Source of the DNA: Nitrospirota bacterium
GTDB taxonomy: Bacteria > Nitrospirota > UBA9217
Direction: 5' to 3'
Length of the DNA stretch: 64,000 nt
NCBI GenBank assembly: GCA_963751455.1
Contig: CAVVUN010000015.1
Span: 192,001-256,000 of the forward strand
The translations under genes and the position numbers were made by a program. How positions within the stretch are numbered: the first letter of the stretch is position 1; each line of letters begins with the position of its first letter. The notes under the pieces are model-generated. The model was not told where the DNA came from. It saw only the letters and a program-made list of their open reading frames with translations, and did no database searches. Positions 1 through 8,512 of the stretch are shown piece by piece.

Positions 1-221
1 AACACCGACCTTTGAACTAACCATTCCGCAATTGAGTACTCCACACTCAGCACATGCAGCCTGTCCTCGACAGGAATTAATCGGGGAACGCTCAGCACGC
101 TATGCGCCATGCCCCATGTGCCATGCGCCTCACCCTTCCCACTCAACTCCTCAACCACTGAACAACTCAATTGGTCTCTATACCAGACGCTCTGCTCCAT
201 GCGCTATGCTCTTTGCGGAGG

Positions 222-416
222 TCAATCACCCAGGCATGTTTCCTCAATGATCGCATGCGCTTCATCCCGATTGAGCTCGTCCTGCTGATAATATATGTAG
301 TCGTCAACCATGCTGCAGACTTTTTCCCGCGGTGCATCGGGCATAATCTCGAGAACTTCCTCTTTAAATAACCTGGCAGCGTCAGGCGCCATTTCTTTTT
401 TTTCGATCCTGTTCAT
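222..416 (-). CDS. small hypothetical protein (64 aa, MNRIEKKEMAPD...)
   Basis: ORF 222..512; an internal ATG at 416 is preceded by a GGAGG RBS on the minus strand; no recognisable motif. Confidence 0.5.
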   Translation of the reverse strand: MNRIEKKEMAPDAARLFKEEVLEIMPDAPREKVCSMVDDYIYYQQDELNRDEAHAIIEETCLGD

Positions 417-766
417 AGTGCCTCCCTTCCCATTCCGGAATCGTCCCCTGTTCTTATCCAAAGTATACCAGAGGATTACGAATGAAAAGGCAGCGCTCTG
501 CTTCATAATCAAAGCTACCCATCAACGATAGCCCACCTCCCTTACCCATGATAGCAGCACTCAGTTTGCGTTTTATTTTTGCTTGAAAAGATTTAGGAAG
601 TAACGGGCAGCGTCACGTCTTAAAACTCCGAACGCTGCTTGCTCTAAAATCTTGTCCTCGAAGGATTCTATCGGGAAGCCTTTATCTGGGGAAACGCGCA
701 ACGTGGAACTATAGTAAATGATGTGCATCGTGTCTCTTCCTCAATCTTGAAAGTGCGACTCAATCA

Positions 767-878
767 ATACCCCGCAGCAAGCTGACGGGGTATAAAGGTA
801 AATTGTTCAACTGAGAAACCTGCGGTTTCTCTTACTCTTCCCTCTATACGGTGACCACGTAGCAAGCTACGTGGAATA
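767..878. mobile_element. non-autonomous mini-element with two IS200/IS605-like subterminal hairpins
   Basis: Hairpins ATACCCCGCAGC-AA-GCTGACGGGGTAT (767-793) and CCACGTAGC-AA-GCTACGTGG (855-874) share an AGCAAGCT core; a third hairpin GAGAAACC..GGTTTCTC lies between them; no transposase. Confidence 0.5.
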
Positions 879-917
879 GCAAGTTCAAATAATATTTCGA
901 AAAAAGAACAAACGTTA

Positions 918-1561
918 ATAGGTGAGACCTGACCCTAAGATTCTCCTAAGATTCTCTCTAAGATTCTCTACGATTCTCTCAAAACTAAAAACTAGCAACT
1001 GTATTAGACGGTGCATCGTGTCCTCTTTCATCATGCGTTAAAATTACCCGATTTACGATATCCAATAATAGCGATCCATTAAGCCTCTAGTGGAAAAATT
1101 CACGAGTAAAACTCTGAATGTTAATGGGTGAGGCCTGAACCTAAAGATTCTGGTAGATTAAGCCTCTGGCGGAAAAAATCTCCAGGTAAAATCCCGAATG
1201 TCAACAGATGAGACCTGACCCTAAAGATTCCTTTTCCTCGATGATAGAAACTTCCTGGCCAACGATAGCAATCGTCTTTTCCATTTTACTCTGAACTCAG
1301 AACTGAGAACTCCGAACTGTAATTCACGATAGCCTACTTTCTTTCCCACGATAGCAATTCTTTTTGACTTCTGAACGCAGCCTGCCCCGAGACAGTCTAT
1401 TCGGGGAACTAAGAACCGTGAACTGTAATTACTCACGTTCATCATGCGTTAAAATTACCCGATTTACGATATTCAATAATAGCGATCGATTAAGCTGTGG
1501 CGGGAAAAAATTCTCTGGTAAGACTCTGAATGTTAACAGGTGAGACCTGACCCTAAAGATT
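918..1561. repeat. four degenerate direct copies of a RAYT terminal motif (GAGACCTGACCCTAAAGATT) in ~75-125 bp units, plus a short (CTAAGATTCT)n run
   Basis: Motif near 924, 1130, 1210 and 1542; 1027-1150 is nearly identical to 1438-1561; the motif is the reverse complement of the sequence upstream of the RAYT genes at 20727 and 26021. Confidence 0.85.
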
Positions 1562-2485
1562 TTTTTTCTCGACACCCTGAAGCCGTACAAGGAGCAGATC
1601 GTCGGTATTGTTGTCGAATCTACATTCAACTGGTACTGGCTCGTGGATTTGCTTATGGATGCAGGTTACCGTGTTCATTTAGCCAATCCTGCAGAGATTC
1701 AAAAATATTCCGGGCTTAAGTACTCCGATGATCAGGACGACGCTTTCTGGCTGGCCGAGATGCTTCGCTTGGAAATCTTGCCTGTAGGATATATCTACCC
1801 GAAGGAGGATCGCCCTGTTCGGGATCTCTTTCGAAAAAGGGCGCATCTGGTGAGGGTCCGCACATCATTGATTCTGGGACTCCAAAATATCATCGCGCGC
1901 AATAACGGGATCAGGCTCAAACCAGATGATGTGAAAGCGTTACGAACAAATCGCATCGCTCCTTTGCTTGAGCACGACGAAGACCTGGCGCTGGCTGGTC
2001 AGGTGAGCAAGGATTCTATAGATTTTCTGACGCGCCAGATCAAAACAGTCGAACGGGTCCTCGAAAAAAAAATGGATCTCCGGGAAGGGTACGGCGAACT
2101 CCGCACCCTTCCCGGGGTAGGGAAAATCTTGGGCCTTACCATCATGCTGGAGACCATGCTGGAGACCGGCCCGATCAGCCGTTTTACCAAGGTCGGCAAC
2201 TACGCATCCTATTGCCGGAAGGTCTCCAGTAAATGGATCAGCAACGAGAAGCAAAAGGGCAAAGGGAACAAGAAGTGCGGCAACAAGTATTTGGCATGGG
2301 CCTTCTCCGAGGCGGCTGAAATTGGGCGCCGCGAGAATGAGGATGTACGGGCTTATTTCAACCGCAAGTCACAGAAGACGAACAGGATGGTGGCGCATAA
2401 CGCTCTTGCCCACAAATTAGCGAGAGCTGCCTATTACATCATGCGGGATGGAGTTTCATTCATGCCGCAGAAGTGTTTTGGATGA
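1562..2485 (+). pseudogene. IS110 family transposase, 5'-truncated
   Basis: The frame is open from 1562 (..IVVESTFNWYWLVDLLMDAGYRVHLANP..KYSDDQDDAFWLA..LPGVG..GNKYLAWAF). The N-terminal strand with the first DEDD Asp is missing, cut exactly at the repeat motif. A 12-bp tandem duplication gives MLETMLET. Confidence 0.85.
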
Positions 2486-2892
2486 AGGTTGGCTGGGACG
2501 GTGAACCAGTATTGGGGTTGGCAGAACCATGAGAAGTGATTGGTCAATCCGTCCCACCCCTTTTATATCGTTATCAGCGTCTTTACTGCCCGTGCCGCGA
2601 GCCTTCACCGGGTTGGCTTATAACCACGAGACGTGAAAAAACAATTTGGACGCGGCAAGGAGCCGAAGATTTTCTGGTCCCGCGATGCGGGAAAGGGTCA
2701 CGGATAAAGCCTTACCGATGACCGTGATCCTGATGGGTGACTGGTGCAGTGAAAAAACTGACGCCGAAACCTAAAGAAACTGCGGCAATGGTCAAGACTG
2801 ACGATGACGAAAAGGCTTGACGAGAAACGTTTCCGTTTCTCGTCACAAGATAGCTTTTTTCCCTTGACAGTGTCCTTTAAATGGGCGACCCC
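2486..2892 (+). ncRNA. long structured 3' non-coding end of IS110; candidate bridge/seek RNA
   Basis: ~400 bp non-coding tract with stems (GGGACGG..CCGTCCC; GGTCACGG..CCGTGATCC) ending in CTTGACAGTGTCCTTTAAATGGG; IS1111-type IS110 elements encode their guide RNA 3' of the transposase. Confidence 0.5.
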
Positions 2893-3129
2893 GATCGACG
2901 CCGAAGCGATTCCTATGGTATCCACTTGTTGTTGGTTTAACAATCTCCCTTATTTAGCCCTATAAAGATAGCCGCAAAATGGCATTTTTCCCGTCTCAGC
3001 GACCCGTGAATAGTTGAAATTGCGTTGCATTTGCATTACAAAGTATCTATTTCTGTTAGATCAGCACTTATGGCGTTATTCAATTATAGATTTTACTTTC
3101 AAAATCAAATAGTTTAAAAATTGCTAATT

Positions 3130-3145
3130 TGGCATTACACGTGCA
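3130..3145 (+). promoter_or_regulatory. sigma54 (-24/-12) promoter of operon 1
   Basis: TGGCATTACACGTGCA has GG-N10-GC spacing, 45 bp upstream of the ATG at 3191 (RBS AAGGAGG); IHF-like AATCAAATAGTT just upstream; a sigma54 activator is encoded in the same cluster. Confidence 0.75.
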
Positions 3146-3190
3146 TCATATAAAATAATTAAAATTTATGGCGGTTTAAGGAGGTTAAGC

Positions 3191-3865
3191 ATGGGCAACG
3201 AACTCTTATATGAATATCTAGCTGGAAAGATTCTCCAAGATCTGATTTCCTCTGTGCCATTGGATAATAATTTGGCAAAAGAACTGAATAAATATCCAGT
3301 AATCGATCACATAAGAGATCAGGTCCAAGACGTTCATTTTAGCACTATTTCAAAACTTATTGCTGCTAAGTCTTGCTCAAAAGAAGTGAAGCAGTTAGCA
3401 GTTGGTCTCTTGCACAAGTATATTAGGGCTGAAAGACATGGGACAGAAATTAAACTTTTACTGTCTGATCTCTGGGAAACAGGTGACATGGAAGAGAAGT
3501 TTCATGTTATGTGGCGATTGCTGGATTTCGGTGACCTTGAAGAAAGCTTCCATTATGAGATGTTTGCATTTTTAAAGAGCAATAAAGATTATATTCTGTC
3601 CAAAACATTAGGTTGGTGCGGCTCTGAAGCTAAAATTCTGGACTATGCTGCCTCAAGACTAACAAACAAGTCTTTTCCAAAAACAAAATCCTGGATTTAC
3701 TTATTTATTGCCTCTCTCAGTCCTGACAAAGAGAATGCAAAAAGTCTTATTTCAAAATATGCTGATGGCGCCCAGCCTGTCCTCCGCAGAGTTGCCGATG
3801 AAATTATAGACGAACTTGACTCTTCTGAATTACAAACCTTCAACGATCAAGTTTGTTTTTGTTGA
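3191..3865 (+). CDS. hypothetical protein (224 aa, probably all-helical)
   Basis: ORF with a strong RBS directly behind the sigma54 promoter; no recognised motif. Confidence 0.8.
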   Translation: MGNELLYEYLAGKILQDLISSVPLDNNLAKELNKYPVIDHIRDQVQDVHFSTISKLIAAKSCSKEVKQLAVGLLHKYIRAERHGTEIKLLLSDLWETGDMEEKFHVMWRLLDFGDLEESFHYEMFAFLKSNKDYILSKTLGWCGSEAKILDYAASRLTNKSFPKTKSWIYLFIASLSPDKENAKSLISKYADGAQPVLRRVADEIIDELDSSELQTFNDQVCFC

Positions 3866-4116
3866 AGTCCATAAAGGATCCCAATTGTTTTTAATTTAAG
3901 CGACTTTAAAAGCATTACTAAAGATAGGTCTGATTCATCAACAATAAATGATTAATATCCGAAGGCCAAATGATCAAAAGTGACTAAATTAAAGATCTTA
4001 TTTCTATCACAGAGGGGGGCCCTACTGATTAAAAGCTCATTGATGTGTCAAACGTTCTCACCATCAACGAATAAACGGATGAAGCAGAATATCTTTTGTG
4101 AAAGCGAATTAATCCG

Positions 4117-4812
4117 ATGACCTATGAGTTCCCTGCTCTCCTCCCAAAGCTTTATAGTTTCACAGAGCCGTTTATTTTTTCAAAAATACTTTCTGATTCA
4201 AGAGTATTGGACGTAGGTTGTGGAGATGGTTATCTCACTAAAAGAATAATAATGAATACTAAGGCAAAGCAGGTCGTGGCAGTAGATATAAATGGCGACA
4301 TATTAATGAAAGCTGAAAGAACTCAGGCGGATACCAGAATAGAATATGTTCTTGGAGATGGCGAAGATTCCGAGCTATTTAAAATAATTGGTGGATTTGA
4401 TTTTATACTTCTCAGAAACACATTTCATCATTTTGATGATAAGGAAAAATTTTTAACAAATTTCTACAATCTTCTCAACAAAAGTGGTGTACTTCTAATC
4501 CTCGATTTGGACAAAGAAGCGAACTATTCCTTGCTGGGATTGCCTATTCCTTTACTGGTGACATTCTGGCAATCAGTTAAGATTAACGGTTTAATAGAAA
4601 CAACAAAAATATTATGGAATACTAAATTCTTTTTAAATAACACATTCAGAATGCACCGACATGAAGACCGGCAAAAACTTAAGCTTAGCGGGTGGCTGAC
4701 ATTCCAAGAAGTTAGCGAGAAAGTCATGAAACTTCTTCCCGGATGTAAGGTAGCTCGTTTGGGCAGCGTGTGTGGCTATGGAGGTTGTTATTATGTACTG
4801 TATCAAAAATGA
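4117..4812 (+). CDS. class I SAM-dependent methyltransferase
   Basis: VLDVGCGDG (motif I), VAVDIN, FDFIL..FHHF, LNKSGVLLILD. Confidence 0.9.
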   Translation: MTYEFPALLPKLYSFTEPFIFSKILSDSRVLDVGCGDGYLTKRIIMNTKAKQVVAVDINGDILMKAERTQADTRIEYVLGDGEDSELFKIIGGFDFILLRNTFHHFDDKEKFLTNFYNLLNKSGVLLILDLDKEANYSLLGLPIPLLVTFWQSVKINGLIETTKILWNTKFFLNNTFRMHRHEDRQKLKLSGWLTFQEVSEKVMKLLPGCKVARLGSVCGYGGCYYVLYQK

Positions 4813-5601
4813 TAATATCGGTTTCTGCGCTGAAAATGTTTCCAAAACCTTCGATTCTAATAACCAGCAGGAAGTTGTTTTAAAGGGATTCGATATCACA
4901 ATTGATCGAGGCGAATTTATTTCTATTCTAGGCCTTTCCGGCATAGGGAAAAGCACCGTATTTAAAATTTTGAGCGGTCTTACAGAACCTACAGATGGTA
5001 ACGTTACTTACGGCGGTATCCCCGTTAAATGCGCATTATCGCAACGCAAATTCAGCTGTGTTTTTCAACGCCCTGTACTGGCTGATTGGAGAACCGTAAT
5101 AGAGAATGCCTTATTGCCGCTCGAAATCTTAAGACCCAAAGACAAGGCAAACATTGATATTGCAAATAACCTCCTTAAAGCAGTCGGTTTGGAGAATGAT
5201 TTGTCTAAATATCCGAGAGAATTGTCTGGGGGCATGCGGCAAAGATTGAGTCTTGCGATGGCCCTTTCATACGATCCAGAAGTTCTCTTTCTCGATGAAG
5301 CGTTTGGCGCTCTCGATGCAGTAACTCGGAGAAAGCTTCAATCTCTCCTACTAAATATCTGGAGTGTATCTAACAAGAAACAAACGGTCATTTTTATAAC
5401 ACATGATGTGAATGAAGCTTGTTTTATGGCAGATCGAATATTTATTCTGAACAGGAAACCAATTTCAGTAATAAAGGAATTGATGATCCCTTTTCCAAGA
5501 CCCGGGATTTTAGTTTATTATATTCACCAGAATTCAAGGACATTGCGGAAGAGGCGTATAAAAGCATTGAATGCAATGGAGTTGAGAAATGTGTACTGTG
5601 A
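4793..5601 (+). CDS. ABC transporter ATP-binding protein, nitrate/sulfonate/pyrimidine (TauB/ThiZ-like) type; 1-nt frameshift near 5501-5506
   Basis: GLSGIGKST, LSGGMRQR, LFLDEAF, ITHD. The family-typical C-terminus PFPRP-RDFSLLYSPEF continues in the frame of ORF 5419..5601. Confidence 0.88.
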
Positions 5602-6200
5602 TTTCTGAAAATTCGATGGGGATCGCCTGGTTGATGTGTTTGAAATGGATAATTGAAAACGGCGATCAAATATTGGATGAAGATGTTAAATTAAATGAAT
5701 ATATTTCCCTTGTGTTAGATGTCAATCAACCTGATCAACTTGATTCAATAACCGAATCATTTTGGGCTTTGAAGTTCTGCGATGTTCAGCCTAAAACAAA
5801 AAATATTTTCGATTATATGTCAAGACTTAACAATTATAACGGCGTTAATCAGATTGATGTTATTCGAGATCGACTGCTAAGTAAACCCGAGACAAAATCC
5901 GCGACTGTAATAACTCTAATGCCCAGCAGTGATATTCAGAGAGTGCCATGTTTGGTATCCGCTGATTTTAAAATAAGGGGAGGAAAGTTGATAACGCAAT
6001 CTTTTTTTAGAAGTCAGGATGTATGGAACAAACAACCTTTTAATTTATTACTTCTAAAAAACGTTGCATCATTCTTAGCTAATGACCTTAATGTGAGGCT
6101 TGGGTCAATTAAACTGTACATCGCGTCTGCTCACATTTACGAGAGTGACCTTCAAGAAGCGACAACTTTCATAAAGGCAAATCATAAACATGGAATTTAA
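5589..6200 (+). CDS. thymidylate synthase-family pyrimidine C5 (hydroxy)methylase, short archaeal-like form
   Basis: NQIDVIRDRL..P, catalytic VPCL, RSQD....PFN, SAHIYE. Confidence 0.88.
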   Translation: MCTVISENSMGIAWLMCLKWIIENGDQILDEDVKLNEYISLVLDVNQPDQLDSITESFWALKFCDVQPKTKNIFDYMSRLNNYNGVNQIDVIRDRLLSKPETKSATVITLMPSSDIQRVPCLVSADFKIRGGKLITQSFFRSQDVWNKQPFNLLLLKNVASFLANDLNVRLGSIKLYIASAHIYESDLQEATTFIKANHKHGI

Positions 6201-6753
6201 TACTGGCCAAGTAGCTGTACTGGGCAAGGAAAAGATTAATCCGGAAATTCCGGAGCACCTCTATGCAATGGAAGAAGGTTACTTATTAGGAAAAGCACTT
6301 GGTCGAAAAAAGATAGTGGTTATTACTGGCGGGTTGGGTGGAATAATGGAAGCAGTCTCAAAAGGTGTGGCTGAATCCGGAGGTGTCTGTGCTGGCATCA
6401 TCCCTGTTTTATCCGAAGAAGAAAAGGTATTGAGAAAGCCAAATAAATATTCAACAGTCAAGATTAATACAGGGATGGATCAGCGATTGAGAATTCCGTT
6501 ACTTATTCGTTCGAGTGACGCCATTATCGTGATTTCAGGAGGCATGGGTGCGTGGCTTGAAGCAGCTTTTGCTCTGGCAAACGGACTTCCAATCATAACC
6601 TTGCCAAAAACTGGGGGAACTGCTGCGAGATTAGTATCGGAAAATCCATTTAAAGACAAAGTCCTCATTGCAAAAGATGGACTACATGCTGCTGAAATTG
6701 TGACTAATTTATTTAAAAAGGGGAATAAAGATGAAAACATTGTTGAAAAGTAA
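6190..6753 (+). CDS. LOG family (TIGR00725-like) nucleotide phosphoribohydrolase
   Basis: ITGGLGGIMEAVSKG..GG...GIIP, TGMDQRLR, SDAIIVISGGMGAWLE. Confidence 0.88.
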   Translation: MEFNTGQVAVLGKEKINPEIPEHLYAMEEGYLLGKALGRKKIVVITGGLGGIMEAVSKGVAESGGVCAGIIPVLSEEEKVLRKPNKYSTVKINTGMDQRLRIPLLIRSSDAIIVISGGMGAWLEAAFALANGLPIITLPKTGGTAARLVSENPFKDKVLIAKDGLHAAEIVTNLFKKGNKDENIVEK

Positions 6754-7729
6754 ACAGCTATTTGCTATCCTCTTATTTGCATTCTTCCTGGCTCTCGTTA
6801 GTTCCAATGCAAAAGCAGAGAAGCTGTCAAAAGTCAAGATCATGCTCGATTGGAAGCCAGGAGCCGAGCATTCCTTTCTTTATTTAGGACAAGAAAAGAA
6901 TATTTTCAGGGACAATGGTATTGATTTAGAAATAGTTCCAGGACAAGGTTCATCATACTCCGTTAATATGGTTGATGCAAGAAATGTTGACTTCGCTCTT
7001 TGTGCTGGCGAGTCCGCGCTACAAGGACGCAGCAGTGAACCACAGCGGAGCATTAAGGTACTTGCTATTTTCTATCCCAATACGCCAGCATCCGTTTATT
7101 CTTTAAAATCAAAAAATATTAAGAAACCGACCGATCTTTACGGCAAGAAAGTCGGTGTAATGAAAGGATCCTCTGCTTATAAGCAGTATCTAGCTTTTGT
7201 TGAAAAAGAGAACCTTGATAAGAATAATATAATTGAAATACCCTCTGCTGGAAGTATTCAAGAAATATTATCGGGAGACCTTGATGCTATGGTCCATTTT
7301 TCATTTCAACATCCTTTGCAGGTGAAGTTGAAAGGATATGGGATAAATGAAATTTTATTTAAGGATTACGGCGTAAAAGTTTACGGTCAGGGACTGATAG
7401 CGAGTGATGATACCTACAACTACAAAAAGGACTTAGCGAAACGAGTAGTTAAATCTGTAATATTATCGCTTCAATACTCATTGCAGCATCCAGAAGAAGC
7501 TTTGGGCGTATTTTTCAAGCTTTTCCCTGAACAAGATAGAGAGTACTCGAAAGCAAAACTGAACTGGGTTAATAGCTTTATCGAGCAAGGACAACACAAA
7601 GGGCAGCCTCTTGGGTATCAGGACGAAGAAGGTTGGAAAGCAACTCAATCTTATCTGTTGAGTCAGGGCCTCATCGATAAGAGTATTTCTCTAAGAAGTC
7701 TTTATTCTAACGAGTTCCTTGTAAGATGA
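6731..7729 (+). CDS. ABC transporter substrate-binding protein, NMT1/THI5 (ThiY-like) family
   Basis: Signal peptide; LDWKPGAEH..LYLGQEKNIF..NGIDLEI; IKKPTDLYGKKVG; VYGQGLIA. Confidence 0.88.
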   Translation: MKTLLKSKQLFAILLFAFFLALVSSNAKAEKLSKVKIMLDWKPGAEHSFLYLGQEKNIFRDNGIDLEIVPGQGSSYSVNMVDARNVDFALCAGESALQGRSSEPQRSIKVLAIFYPNTPASVYSLKSKNIKKPTDLYGKKVGVMKGSSAYKQYLAFVEKENLDKNNIIEIPSAGSIQEILSGDLDAMVHFSFQHPLQVKLKGYGINEILFKDYGVKVYGQGLIASDDTYNYKKDLAKRVVKSVILSLQYSLQHPEEALGVFFKLFPEQDREYSKAKLNWVNSFIEQGQHKGQPLGYQDEEGWKATQSYLLSQGLIDKSISLRSLYSNEFLVR

Positions 7730-8512
7730 AAAATATTTCGGTTAAATATTTGCTTGCTTTGTCGTTAGCCATTTCCTTATTGTTATGGGAAGGAATCGTC
7801 AGACTCTTTAATGTTTCAGCGGGCATATTCCCACCCGTCTCGATTGTCCTGGTGAAGATTTATGTCAAAAGAAATCTTTTATTCACTCACTTATCTTATA
7901 CGTTACTCGAAGATCGTCCTCGGTTTTGTCATCGGATTTATGACGGGGATAGTGCTTGCATTGATTTGTGACAGAATCACGATTATAAAAAAGATCCTTT
8001 ATCCGATACTGGTCTCCTTCCAATCTGTCCCTAAAATAGCAGTCGCGCCTCTTTTTGTTATCTGGTTCGGCTATGGGTTATTACCGAAGGTTATGATGGC
8101 TGCTATGATTTCTTTTTTTCCAGTTCTAATAAGTACTATGGCAGGATTAAGCGCTTATGATGAAGAAGTTAAAATGTTTATGGATATGCTTAATACTTCA
8201 TGGTGCCAAAGAATGTGGAAAATAAAGCTCCCTTATGCGATACCCTACATACTGACTGGCAGTAAAGTATCGATAACATTTGCAGCTGTAGGCGCTATAT
8301 TGGGTGAATTTGTGAATCCTAGCAAGGGGCTCGGGTATCTGATAGACATTGGTAAGGAAAATTTCGATACATCTTTGCAGTTTGCAGCAATTCTGCTGGT
8401 AAGCATCATGGGTTGGATCCTTTTCGAGGCCATATCTTTAATCGAGCTATTCTTCTTTAAGAAATACTCAAGATCTGTGTCCCAAGAAGGAATCGATACT
8501 CGATATGTCTAA
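7726..8512 (+). CDS. ABC transporter permease (SsuC/ThiX-like); 1-nt frameshift at 7910-7911
   Basis: WEGIVR..IFPP..YTLLE joins IVLGF..QSVPKIAVAPLFVIWFGYG..KLPYAIP..GAILGEF if one A is removed from CTCGAAGATC. Confidence 0.88.

Noticed and set aside
918-1561. CRISPR array
   Set aside because: Units are irregular in length, the intervening sequences are homologous to each other, there are no cas genes, and the repeat is the RAYT end motif.
5589-6200. Housekeeping thyA, or a phage DNA-hypermodification gene
   Set aside because: It is embedded in an ABC/LOG/two-component operon, has an altered phosphate site, and has no folA, nucleotide kinase, polymerase or phage genes nearby.
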